A DNA stretch of 56,130 nt, the filler included, from Sluysia triapertura (lineage: Eukaryota): assembly GCA_046118255.1 (NCBI GenBank). It is 4 parts of 4 records of this genome, joined end to end, with 100 filler letters (N's around TTAATTAATTAA, not from the genome) between each part and the next. Parts side by side here need not be neighbours in the genome. Positions count along the whole stretch, not along the records: positions 1 to 17,998 come from JBJNIA010183057.1; 3 more parts are not named here. The stretch is one strand, 5' to 3'. Of the stretch, positions 1 through 12,100 are shown piece by piece. The position numbers and the translations under genes are program-made. Within the stretch, counting starts at the first letter, position 1; the number at the start of each line of letters is the position of its first letter. The notes below the pieces were generated by a model, which saw nothing but the letters and a program-made list of their open reading frames with translations, did no database searches and had not been told where the DNA came from.

Positions 1-569
1 GTAATTTAAACATAAGTAATCTCCTTCTAATTTTCCACGTCACTATTATATTCTACTTTAATATCAGGCTCTACACTGTTATTAAAGGTTTCATCTATAT
101 TAATAAAATTAGTACCTTGATATGGATATTTGGGATATTCGTTATTAATTATGTTATGTTATCATTCTGGAAAATTAACATAATACTTCATTGAAACAGC
201 GATTAAATTTTCATGTTTTAATTTTAGCGTTTGAAGTAATTGGAGAAATATGAGCATTATTACTTTTCACTTCCAAATCATCAATTTTACGAGTTTTGTT
301 TTTAATACAACATTTTTTCTTTCAAGTTCTCGTTTTTTCTCTCGTTAACATTTGGCGCTGCAAAATCACTTCATCATCATACTGCAATTCAATATTTTTC
401 AATTTTTTATTATTTGTTATTCTTAAATCTTCAATTTCAGTCTTTATCAGCCAGTTCTTCCACTTTATCTTTTTGTAACCAATCATATTCGAAGGTTATT
501 ATATTCTTGTTTATAAACATCGGCATTATAGTTGGCAGAATCTATTTCATCTTGCAAATTTATTATTCT

Positions 570-945
570 TAATTCGTGGACAGTGTAATTTCTTCAAATG
601 AACAGGATGAGTTTAAATATAAATTTATAGGTCTTGGTAGCACATCCCCAAAGAGGACCAGAATTTCCAATATTGTATACATGGAAAAGAACTTATTTGC
701 ACCATAAATAATATAAGAACACGCAAGTTTACATTATACTTCAAAAAACCACCATACAATAATAAATCTTTATTATCGAAAATTTAACTTATTCATAATC
801 CATAACATGGAAACAGTCAACTTTTCATTATGCAACATTCTCAGTGCTAATTCACCAAACAATATCAATACCAGTGAAATGAAGTCATCAAAAAGAATTT
901 GCAAGACAATTACTTCAATTATTTCATTAAGAATCAAATTTAACC
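570..945 (-). mobile_element. Possible decayed CACTA/EnSpm(Mirage)-like transposase fragment
   Basis: Across frameshifts the minus strand reads LLYGGFLKYNVNL...NIGNSGPLW...SCSFE, resembling the LYGxxxxYNVHxLxHL...GPLWxxSxFxFE motif of this superfamily. Heavily decayed. Confidence 0.3.
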
Positions 946-1650
946 ATCAATCTACAACGTTGATCTTTAAACTATCATAACTATATATTATACATTAACA
1001 ACATCATACTTTCTAAATAACGTTTAAAACACCAAATTCAGTACAGTAGCAAAAAAATTGTTCACATTTCGCCAAGTAAAACTGTCGATTATTGTTTCTT
1101 CATCATTATCACTGCTAGTATCATTATCACTCGGGCGCTTTGATGCAGGAAAATTGCGAGAAGTTGATGGTGTAATCATAGTATAAAAATAACGGTAACG
1201 ACTTCTAAAAATATATAAATCCTATTGAAAGTAATGAAGCGACGAGACTAGTAAATTATTTATCCATAATCATAGTTTTGGACTTACATAATTCTAAGTA
1301 CAGAGTAGATATGATACAAACAAATCTAAAGTATCCTATCATATTGTATACAACTGATATAACCAAGCCCTAAGCGTTATTGGACTATTAAAACAAGTAA
1401 ATTCATCAGAACTCTCACTGATGCTATCAGGCTGTCGCGAAAGTTACGGAAACTCTTATTGATGTGACCCATACTTAAAGGGTTAAAAACAAAAAAATGC
1501 TAAACATACTTTATATACGCCACTCTTAACCGATGATATAAAGACGTCAATATAATGTATTACTTTTTCTAAAACTTTATTGCAGTTTTTTAAACAAATA
1601 TCAAAATTCACAAAAATCGTCTTTTTACTTTACAATTTTTTAAATTTATA

Positions 1651-2118
1651 TTACTCTTTTGCAAAAATCAAATTAAACAAATTTGAAACATATAACATAA
1701 GCTTTAACGTAAGCTTTAACAAATTGTCAAAATCAAGAATTAAGCACGAGTGACCATAATGAACTAACAACTTAACATTATCAGATACATGGTCAGCACA
1801 GTCTGTGCTGTCATTTGAATTTTCCATTAATTCAAAGTGTAATAAACCGTTCTGAAGAATTTCACTATAAAATACACCTATCCCTCGTTTTACACGGTTC
1901 AAAAATAATTTAAAATTAAATATTGAAAATTTTTTCCTTTTGATCATAGGCAGTTTATGAACCATGTAAAAGCAAAAACGAGTAAAACTAGGGATATATG
2001 TGTATAATAAGTAATTCTGATGTTTGTAATAACATCTGTGATAATTTATTTTTCCAATTCTACTAATTGTTTTATAAATTTCAAAATTGCAATCAAATGG
2101 AAATATATTCAATAACAT
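1651..2118 (-). CDS. Orphan intronless ORF (155 aa), probably TE accessory ORF inside a TRAPPC8 intron
   Basis: ORF track. The same frame continues upstream through stops to an ATG near 2337. No recognisable domain. Confidence 0.3.
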   Translation of the reverse strand: MLLNIFPFDCNFEIYKTISRIGKINYHRCYYKHQNYLLYTYIPSFTRFCFYMVHKLPMIKRKKFSIFNFKLFLNRVKRGIGVFYSEILQNGLLHFELMENSNDSTDCADHVSDNVKLLVHYGHSCLILDFDNLLKLTLKLMLYVSNLFNLIFAKE

Positions 2119-3026
2119 TTATTGTCACATTATTGAATATAATAAGTTGAAATTCTAAATCTTCTTTAAAATCTCGATAAAAAAACATCTTCGATATGTG
2201 CATAAATTTTAACACAACACTTTATCTGTGTTAAAACTGTAAATTAATCTGTCAACATAAACTTTGGAAATAGAAAAAAACAAATTACAACTTCAAGAGA
2301 AGAAGTTCCAAAAAATATTAATTAAATCAGACTCCATTTTAGATTTTTAATTATTCAAATTAATTAATGAATGAAAATTTTTTATGTAACTAATTATAGT
2401 TTTATTTTTCTGAGTTAAACACTCGAAATTAAATAAATTATTCCAAATTTAAATATTTTTCATTAAACTAATATGAAATTTTCAAATAATACTAAATAAA
2501 GCATAACACAATAATAATAATGATGATGATTTGATATGTACTATTTTAAAATATATTAAGATATATTAAAATATATGTAAAGCTACATATGTTTATATGT
2601 TATATTTATATGTTCTGCCAGGAAATAAAGAAAAAGAAATCTTAAAAAACGTAAACCTTAATTTCATAAATTTAAGTTAGACTAATAAAAAAATTTTCAC
2701 TATTAACTTGTTTAGCAAAGTTACTAAATTATTTATTATTTATTTGGTAAACGATTTTAAAAGCACATTACAGAAACAACAATTGATTTTTAATAAAACT
2801 TTAAAACATTAAAACGCCTCACAATGCATTTCAATAAAATTTCAATTTTAATAATTAATGTTAATTTGTGATACAATGTGGCCCGGCTTAGTAGACGTAT
2901 AATACAATTTTATAATTTTAAAATTAATTCATTTTCGATGATAAGAACTTTAACATTTCATGTAATTAACATTGTCATTAATTAATTGAATTAACTATAA
3001 AATATCTGAATTATGCATAATCTAAC

Positions 3027-3159
3027 ATGTGTTTGATTTTCGAATTTCAAATTCGCTAAATAAGTACATTCATTAAGACCTTTACAACGAACTAGACTTC
3101 CTTGAATAGAAAAATTCGATTTTAATTCAATTTCTGATCTGTGTCTCAGAAACCGATAC
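3027..3159 (-). CDS. TRAPPC8: TRAPPC8 internal exon
   Basis: tttag acceptor and gttaga donor, phase-compatible with the upstream exon. YRFLRHRSEIELKSNFSIQGSLVRC matches the TRAPPC8 segment RHRILRHT...SLNVRATVCRS. Confidence 0.85.
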
Positions 3160-3254
3160 CTAAATAAGAATGCAATTTTATGTATTTGTGCAACAATATT
3201 AGTATTTAATATTTCTAGACTGTTATTTAAATCCACTATCAAAAATTTTCACAA

Positions 3255-3345
3255 TTCTACTCATAAGAAACACTACATGTAATCTAAACCTGTCAAGTAC
3301 GGCATAAAGGTTTGGCATCTGTGTAATTCAATAAACAAAGCTGCA
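3255..3345 (+). mobile_element. piggyBac transposase relic
   Basis: HYM*SKPVKYGIKVWHLCNS matches the piggyBac/PGBD4 motif QYMPxKPxKYGIKxWxLCDS. Confidence 0.7.
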
Positions 3346-3966
3346 ATACGTTCACATATTTTATGACTTTTTGATGGATTTTTCCAAAAGGTTTCAAAAT
3401 CTAAAACTCATTTTACAAAATTAAATGCTACCAGATTTCCTCAAATGTAGGCCCATCTAAAAAACACATAAAACATGAAATTAAATAAATAAAATAAAAC
3501 ATAAGGCAACATATAACAATATGTTTTATTATTTGTTATATTTTTATTTGCTGAGTTCTGGATACGGGTGTCACATCATTTCGTGTAGGCTTATATTCCC
3601 GGAAATCCGGTAGTAATAATAATAGAGAAATTTCACTCTTGAACGGTACTACAAAAATGTATCTCAAACCTTTTTACATAAATAAAATATATCCAAGCAA
3701 CTGTTTAATCTGTTTAACCTATTTTAACATAGGAATTTGCCTTTAAGTCCGGTAACGTATTCTTGATAAAATGCCAAGAATTTTCAGATTTTCAAACCAA
3801 TAAAAACAATGTACATTGAATTATCAAATGTTATTTTGATCTTTTCATTAAGACAAATGTAAAGATAATTAATAACATTTTAGATATTCTAAATTAATAT
3901 TTCTTTTGTTTAGAAGATAATAAGCTTATATAAAACTTAAGAAATAATTATTAATATTATATTAAC

Positions 3967-4451
3967 TTAGCAGGATTTGTACTATTCGAATTTGATTCGT
4001 AATAAAACAGAAATCTTAAGGAAACATTGTCAGAAGCTTCTGGGCTCCGAGTTGATGTTGATTTATGACTACATCTAATCCAGAAAGGAAGAGTTATTGA
4101 ATGACCAGGTAATAACAAAGCATCATTTGATTCTTTTTGATTGTTGAGAGTTACATAATGCATTCTATAACCACCATCAGCACAATCAATGTATCCTTTA
4201 TTATCGTTATCATTATTATCTGTACAATAAATTTCACTATCAGATTTTATAATCCATGTTTTGTTTTCATTATCATTTTTATTTTCTATTACTACCTTTG
4301 CGTTACCACTATTTCCTATTATTACATAATTACACGGTTTTATCATGATGTATAAATTCCGCATAGCTTCTTTGCCGACATTTGTTATTGTCATCGTAGA
4401 TTTAAATAATTCGTCGATTGTAACAGATTTGGGTAATCCGGAAAATAAAAC
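3967..4451 (-). CDS. TRAPPC8: TRAPPC8 internal exon
   Basis: VLFSGLPKSVTIDE...ITNVGK...LLLPGHSITLPFWIR...LRFLFYYES matches TRAPPC8 LLPGASVQLPMWLRG...INFLFYYES. AG/GT boundaries. Confidence 0.9.
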
Positions 4452-4485
4452 CTTAATATTAAGTTATTTTTTTAAATAAAAATAC

Positions 4486-4755
4486 TTTCAATTTCGGCAT
4501 CGAATAAGTGACATAAAATTGTAAACGTTTATCATTATTTGGTATATTGAATTCTATTTTACCACGCAACTTGATAATAGGTAACTCAAACTGATCGGAT
4601 TCATTACCACTGTCATAAGAAAAAACAACTGCAGCAGAATTTGTATGACTATTGATGTTATTTTGTGACTGATTTTGTGAGCTTGAGTTAAGAAAGAAAC
4701 TGATTCCAATCAATTCCAAATAACCCAAATAACATGGAATTACTGATAATTCTAC
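4486..4755 (-). CDS. TRAPPC8: TRAPPC8 internal exon
   Basis: VELSVIPCYLGYLELIGI...LRGKIEF...DKRLQFYVTYSMPKLK matches LKLFPHHIGELHILGV...VRGKQDL...DRRLDPIITEEMPLLE. tttag acceptor and gtattt donor. Confidence 0.88.
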
Positions 4756-5650
4756 CTAAATTGCAAAAAGCAGTATTTTATATTTTCTTGTTAATTATAT
4801 TAATAAACTATTCAAACAAATTTTAGGAAGTTATAGTTCTGAAAATCAAAAAATATCAAAGTACATTTAACCAGTATTAATTTGTTTTCAGTGTTTTATA
4901 TAACAGGTGACTCTAACCTTTCACAGCATTTAAAACCACGATATACAATGTATAAGTGCTTTCTGTGAAGAAAACTTTATCATTTCATCCATATGATTTC
5001 ATATGATCTCACATAAATAAGCAGAAAAACAATTATCAACTTTCGCATAACCTACCCATTTGAAAAGGATGTGATTATATATACTACTTTCTAACAACAA
5101 TCTAAAAAGTTGAAGAAACGTTGACCATGTGAAATGATGCGCAATCATTAACATTTTTTATAGCTATTTTAACTGTGTTGAATAATACTATAGATTATTC
5201 ATGTTGTTGTGTATAAATTATTTGTGCGTAAATTATATATAAAATTATTTGTGTATAGATTATATATATTTGTGTGTAAATTATATACGTTAAAGTCCAA
5301 ATTATAGATAATGTATGTGTATTTAAATTTCAAAAATCAATAAATTTCGAAGCTATATTTGTGTTTTTAGACATTAAAATAAATCAATAAAATTCAAGTG
5401 ATTATAAATTTGTTTAATTTAATATATTTGGAATCATCTAAATTTGGATTTATTTTGGATTTATTAAGTACGATATTATTTTTAATAAATTTTATTTTTA
5501 ATAATTTTAATTTTAATAATTACATTTTATTTTTTGTAAAGGAGTAATTATAATTGCTTTAAAAATTTATATTTGTTTTAATTGTTTTAATGATCACAAG
5601 GTCATTTATTTCTATATAAATAAGTAATGTTTTTTGCCAAAAACACGACA

Positions 5651-5752
5651 ACAATTCAATATCTTCGACTTTTAAAGTGACTTAATACGATTCAATATCT
5701 TCGATCTTTAAAGCGATTTACTACAATTCAATACCTTCGATTTTTAAAGCAA
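5651..5752. repeat. Three tandem 36-bp units (ATTCAATATCTTCGAxxTTTAAAG core)
   Basis: ATTCAAT starts at 5654, 5690 and 5726. Confidence 0.9.
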
Positions 5753-6129
5753 CAAGAGCTAGGATAAAACGTTTTCGAAAAAATATTTCAAGAATTCATC
5801 AACAACTTAAGTATCTTATCGTTAGTTTTTTATATGTAAGTCATTAGCTGTTTTTCATACTGCATTATTATAATATACTCAAAATTTTGTTTAATATTAA
5901 ACAGCTACCTTTTCATGATAGCTTATTAAAATAATATCTAAAACTTCTAACTTTACAGATTATTTATTACAATAATCTTCACTAAAATTTATACTTATTT
6001 ATTTTATTGTATATTTTCTATTTTTCGTTGTACATTTATACATTTTTAATAGAAGTTAATAACGAGTTATTTTAATATCATTTTTTAAAATTTATTTTAG
6101 CATTTTAGTCTAAAATCACATAAAGAAAA

Positions 6130-6416
6130 GGTTCAGCGTAAGAACCTAATTAAAATCTCTATAATCAATAAAGGTTCGTTTTAGGAGCCTTATTAAAATC
6201 ATTAAATTAAAGGTTCAGTTTAAGAACCAAATCAAATTCTTAACAGGTTCGAAGTAAGAATTTTATCAAAATACAATTAAAGTGAATTTGGTTAGAAAAT
6301 TTAATATTGGAGCAACTTTACTTAAAGTAGTATATTAATTAACACCTCCATTTACTTTAAATTGTTTGACAGAAAAATCCAACGGCTGGCCCTAACTGAT
6401 AAGCCCAGTACGTTGG
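6130..6416 (+). other. Array of four GGTTC-N7-GA(A/G)CC-type hairpins followed by a CCAACG/CGTTGG-CTGG/CCAG stem-loop
   Basis: Hairpins start at 6130, 6173, 6212 and 6246, each trailed by an AAAATC-like motif. The stem-loop spans 6379-6416. Confidence 0.75.
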
Positions 6417-6521
6417 TGAACTCACGTTAATCTTGATCTATTTATTCTGACACTCACACTTTTACATAACAATTGCACGAAAAAAATAACACTATCCTAT
6501 GATATACAGTATCATGAAATA

Positions 6522-7166
6522 ATGAACTTGCAAAAGGAATGGATTGTAAAGTCACATGAAAACAGTTCGGTTAATGATTTCAATTTTTATAAATTTTTGT
6601 CATGTTGGTGTCAATGTTTTCAGTCTAGAGAATCGAGACAAGTTAGTCCGTTCGTAAAATTAATGTCTACAGAATTAGAAAACCTTTTATGTATTTTTAT
6701 AATAAAACATACCAAAGATCCTTGTAAAGTGGTTCAAGATAAGAGCATACAATGTAAAAAATCAAATTTAGAAATATTTTTGTTTTCTTTAGTTTATAAA
6801 TTACTGTTAGAATTTTCAATTAATTTAGAAAGTTTCAATTATTCAGCTTTAATTATTATAGGGATAAATCCAACCGCAACTGAAGTAGAATTTTCTTTAC
6901 GTGTAACTTGCAAAGAATTTCTTCCAAAATTTTACCTTTTCAAACAGATGTCAAATATTAACTATGTTGCAAGAGTTGTTAATCCTGTGGTTATAGATAG
7001 ATATGCAATAAGTATGTTTCCAGAATATAAAAGTAATAAGAAAAATTTATGTCTTGTTATTCGAAATCATATGTCATTTCTATGTGTATCTAATCCTAAG
7101 ACTCTAAAGTCTAACCAAGATGTCGACCAAAAATTAAATGAAAAGTTGGAGTTGGACATGAAATAG
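6522..7166 (+). CDS. Orphan 214-aa accessory ORF of the LTR-type element
   Basis: Uninterrupted ORF. A decayed homologue lies at 50305-50554 (KTTLKLFLPQFFLLQ vs RVTCKEFLPKFYLFK) in the same motif context. Confidence 0.6.
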   Translation: MNLQKEWIVKSHENSSVNDFNFYKFLSCWCQCFQSRESRQVSPFVKLMSTELENLLCIFIIKHTKDPCKVVQDKSIQCKKSNLEIFLFSLVYKLLLEFSINLESFNYSALIIIGINPTATEVEFSLRVTCKEFLPKFYLFKQMSNINYVARVVNPVVIDRYAISMFPEYKSNKKNLCLVIRNHMSFLCVSNPKTLKSNQDVDQKLNEKLELDMK

Positions 7167-9187
7167 TATTTTCTAAAATGGTGACGATAAAATGGCGATT
7201 TTCATTGTATTGATGCTAGTTTATGTACTAGATATCATCCAATGAAAGTCGATGAAATGTTCTAGAATATTATAGAACATTCTAGAAGCTTCTATTCTAT
7301 TTTTAGAAGCTAATTTTCTTTTTTGGAAGCTAATTTTCTTTTTTGGAAAAATAATTTCTTTTGTGGAAAATAATTGTTTTCAAGTAATTTTAACGATTAA
7401 TAAATTGTTTTAAATTACTTCATATAATTTTGATTAATTTTTTGATGGTTTTAAATAGTTTAAATAATTTTAAAGTGTCATTATGACATTTTTGAATTAT
7501 TTTGTAGGATTGTGATGACAACCTAACATGTGGTTTCTTTAATTCAAATGAATGTTAAGAGCTCATTTGGATTTGCTGTTTTCTAATGCCTTTATTTCTT
7601 AAAGTTTTGACAATAAGTTCTTCCTATAAACCCTTTCCTTGTTTTTTGGTTTTATATAATAGTTTAGTTTAATACTTACCTAAGTGTTGTAAACTTTCAA
7701 AGATAAACGTGTCTTTATAGACAGTTATTTTGTGATTGTAGAAAATAAAATTGCGCATATTGGATATTTATACAATTGAATTAATAATATGATTATGATA
7801 ATAATAGTCAGTAATTCAATTTATATAATAGTATTAATTTACAATAATAGTCAGTAAATTTAGCAATGACAATACTATATAATAAACAGTAATAGTCAGT
7901 AATAATAAAATAATAAGCGGTAATACTAATTGTTTGTCTGGATAACTTATTTCTTTGTTATTAAATTTTGATTACATATAATTTATATTCATTCTTATTT
8001 TAAGATGGTTTTTGTCTATTATAATGCTTTTAATTTTAACATCACATTATTCTCTCTGTTTTGCCAAATCTTTAATTTAAGTTAATTTTGATCAAGAATA
8101 ATGTTACTAATTTCTAATTACATACAAGTTTTATCCAATCTCAATTTGAAATAATTTTAACTTACGTACGAAAATGATTTTTATTGGACTTTATGCTCTT
8201 AAAGTTTGATTTTGCATTTTCTTTATAGAATCTCAATTTAAAATGACTATTCATTTAATTTCAATTTAAAATCGGTTATTTCTGTTATTAAATTTCGAAT
8301 TTTTATTAACTCTATTAAATCTCATTCTGATATTAATATAAAGCAATTTTACTTTAATTTTTTGATAAATTTTAGATTAAATTGATTTTTATATCTGAAA
8401 AATTGAGAATTTAAAAAATTAATGAATATTATGTTACATTTTTATAAATGGATTTTTAATTGATTTCGACTAAAGTAATAGCATTCGAATATAAATAGAG
8501 TCAAAATTTTTAGAAAGACACAAAAAGAATTCGATAATTTTAATAAAACGAGATCATAATTCCTGCACACTCAGTTTAAATCTACAGATGTAGTCTGAAA
8601 TTTTATTTATAATTCATTTTATTAAGTAGTAAGTTTATTTTTCTTAAGATCTCTCTCGATTTCTCGGAGTTACAAAATCAACGCTAAAAGTTGGTCAACG
8701 AGCAGTTTCAAGATCTTGTCAAAATCTGATATATTAAGTGAATTAAGCCTTTTCGACTATTATTGTTTAATTATTATTATCATTGTTCATATATAAATTA
8801 GTATTTTTTATAATTTGATTAAATTGACCAGTTTGTAATTATTGTAATTATTGTAATTGTTAATTGTAATTATTAATTGTAATTATTGATTTTACTTAAT
8901 TTGATTGATTTAACATAGACGTAATCATTGATTTTTGCTTAATTTATCTTGTTATCAAGTTGTTAATTTATCTTGACTTAATTGTAATTAATTGTACTCA
9001 GTTAATTAACTTTAGTTGTAAAGTGAGTTATTTTTGAAGAATTAATTAAAGTAAGCAAACGGATTCTACAAGAATCGAAATTAATACGAAGACATAGATA
9101 TAGATAGATATAAGAAAGACCCTAATTTTTGAGCAGTTCAGCTACGTTGATTTTTCTATAAGCACGCCTCGATAAGTCGTGTCTACA

Positions 9188-12100
9188 GACGAACCCATTA
9201 TAGAAAAAAATTATTTTGCAAAACTCAAAAATATGTAAAGATTTTGGTGTTTATTGTATTAATAATTAATTTTATTTTATTCAATTTGTTTTTGAGTTTA
9301 ATTAAAACTTATTCTAAATATTTGAATCTGTACGCGTTTCTGTTCCTAAAAGTGGAAATGTCAATTTCCTAATTTTGGATATAATCATTGAATATAATTT
9401 TTCAATATCCAAATCAATAAAAGTTAAAATATAAGGACTTTCTTATCAGTTTATAATAATAAAAGACGTATTCTCATGTAATTTCTTTCGAGGAGGAATT
9501 TCCTTAATTCTTTATCAAAATTATTTTCTAATAATCTTTAACTAGAATTTTATCAATTATATTACACGCACAACAAACCAAATTTTAATTCAACTCACAA
9601 ACATTTAAACAGTTCGACACATAAAATCTTTAACATGATTTTAACATCTTTAACATGACACACAAAATAGCTACTTTCATACTTGGAAGTTTTTCTTGCT
9701 CCGTGGTGTCCATAAGGATGCAGTTAAAAATAGTATTTGGAATAATTTCGTCCAAATGGAATATTTCACATATTTTCTATTCCTTGGCACGATACACTTA
9801 TTCTTAATTCTGGGCATTGTTTTCCTTATTAGCAATTGAAGATTAAGGGATGACGGTTCTCCATTCGCAAGTCGTTGAGCCTGATTTCCGTTTAGTGTTC
9901 CTTTTTCCATTGCATCTAGGATCTTAGACTTTACCAGAAATTTTCATGATTTTTATAAAATTCAAATTTACTTTTTCATCTATATTTGTTAATCTAGACA
10001 GAGTCGACTCAATTATTCTACTTTCCTGGCTTATAGATAATTTCTAAATCAAATTCTGATAATTTGGTAAACCATCTATTTAACATGCTCATCTCATCTA
10101 TATGGTTATACAAATAAGTTAGCGGCTTATGGTTAGTATGCAAATAAATTTGTTGTTCTAGTAAATAATGTCTAAATAGTTTACTTGCATTCTCTTTCTA
10201 TCGTAGAATAATTTATTTATGCTTTATTTAATCTGCGGCTTACATTTGTTATGACTCCTAATTTATTATTCGGAAAAATTAATATAGTTGCAATTGTAAT
10301 TCTTTCTTTTTGATATGTAAATGTCTTAGATTGTTTATTCGTCCATTCAAATTCTACATCTTTCTTTGTTAATTTTTGTCGTAGTTGTGCGATTTTAGCG
10401 AAATCCTAAAAAGCTTTGAGCTTTCTTCACATTTTCTGGTTATGGAAATTTAACCACTTTTCTATGTTTCTTGGGTTTGGTTTAATATTATTTCTTGATA
10501 AAATATGTCCCAAAAATTCAACTTCTTCTTCTACCTTTTGTGGGCTTTATATTTAATTTAGTTGCCTCAATTCTCTTTAGAATATTATCACTATCTTTAG
10601 AAAAATATTATAACATTTTAATAAGACAAAATTCATGCGTCATTGAGAAGTTGCTGGTGCTCCGATTAAACCAAACAGCATTATTTCGCATTCGTACAAC
10701 TCATCTCCGCATGTAAATGCTTTTGTATGTTTATCTTTCTCTGAAATTTCGATTTTCCAATAACTGTTTCGTAAATCAAGTGTTGTGAAATATGTAGCAT
10801 TCCCTAATTTATGCAACATTTTATTAATTTTTGGCAACGGAAAACATCCTTTTCATTTTGTTTAATTCCCTAAAGTCTATGCAAAAACTCATAAAATCCC
10901 ATCATTTTTCTTAAATAATATTACTGATGACGAGAATTCAGAAAAACTAAATCTTATTACTCTAGCATTTTTCATCGTGTCTATCTTGCATTTCTTTTTG
11001 ATTACACATTGGAATTCTATATGGTTACTTGCGAATAACTTTATCTTCGGTTAATGGTATTTCATGTTTAATTATATTAAAATTACATATATTTCATTCT
11101 TGCAGTTACTTTCGGATATCGATGAATAATTGCTATTTTTCTTTCCTTGATAATTCTTCGTTGTAATTTAAATATTTCTATAATCCTTATCATTTATTTC
11201 TTTAGATTTATTTAAGATTGTATTATAAATTACAACTATTCATAATTTAATATCAGTTTGTCATTATTATTGTGATTATATGAGAATAGAATGTCAATTC
11301 TCATAATCATATCTTCTGGCAATATCGCATTACTTTTAATTTAACGTTAAATTCGCAATGAGCTTTCTTACACCAACAATATGTATCGCGTCCCCTGTAA
11401 CTCCTGCTAAATGAGATAAATGGTTTGTAAGTCTTTTCAATTCATCATCAGTAAGAAAAGTTTCGTTTATTAATGAAGCCACCGCTCCAGTTTCTATTAG
11501 TGCTGTTATTACTCTCCCGTTTATTCTTATAATTATAATTATTGTTAGCGCAGATCATAAATATTACGTTTTTGAGGTGGTGATGTCGGAGGGGCTGGCT
11601 ATAATCGTTCTTCCTTCTCATCCATTGTATTCTTAATTTGATTTGGTTGTCTAGTTTGTAATGCTATATTTTTGGTCTTCTGTCTTTCCGTCTTCAAAGC
11701 ACTTATTTTCGAATTTGCATGATTATGCAACAAATGTTTCGCTTTGAAATGGAAACAATCGATTATCAGTTTCCAAGTAAACCCTGAAATTTCATAAATT
11801 TCTACAACTGAGAACACTTGAGGTATTATCAATGCAATTATTATTATATAAATACCTATCAATCCCAAGAAACTATCGAGAAACTATCGATCAAGAAACT
11901 ATCCCAAATGTGTTTTAATATGTTTTGTGCTGCCTTTTTAAAATGATCTGGCTTCATAATAATTAAAAATTAATTGCTTCACCTTTCTTATTGTAATCTT
12001 ATCTACTATATCTTTTAACACCTTCACTTTCTTTGTAGGAAATAAGATTTCTTGTCATGCATCTTGTACATCTTCCTTCATATGAATACCTGAGTTTGGA

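Larger units (their letters stand above)
5591..7528 (+). mobile_element. 3' part of an LTR-type element: promoter-like motif, hairpin array, accessory ORF, LTR-like end ...GACAACCTAACA
   Basis: Motif order is shared with 49637-50554. The last ~350 bp are homologous to 40350-40534 and, inverted, to 29740-29900. Confidence 0.6.

Noticed and set aside
1015-1204. Candidate further TRAPPC8 exon after a tttag acceptor (KSLPLF...FSQFSC...LAKCEQFFC)
   Set aside because: The frame has multiple stops unless an atypical 33-nt intron is assumed. It could equally be part of the adjacent TE relic.
2119-2337. Apparent similarity of the region upstream of the 155-aa ORF to the 590-aa ORF C-terminus (NTD...H..VF.D)
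   Set aside because: It needs two frameshifts and both sequences are compositionally biased.
4870-4980. Possible upstream TRAPPC8 exon containing in-frame stops (stop-codon reassignment idea)
   Set aside because: Similarity is weak, and all well-supported exons are stop-free under the standard code.
5651-6272. CRISPR-like repeat-spacer appearance of the 36-bp repeats and the hairpin array
   Set aside because: Eukaryotic context, degenerate units, no unique constant-length spacers and no cas genes.
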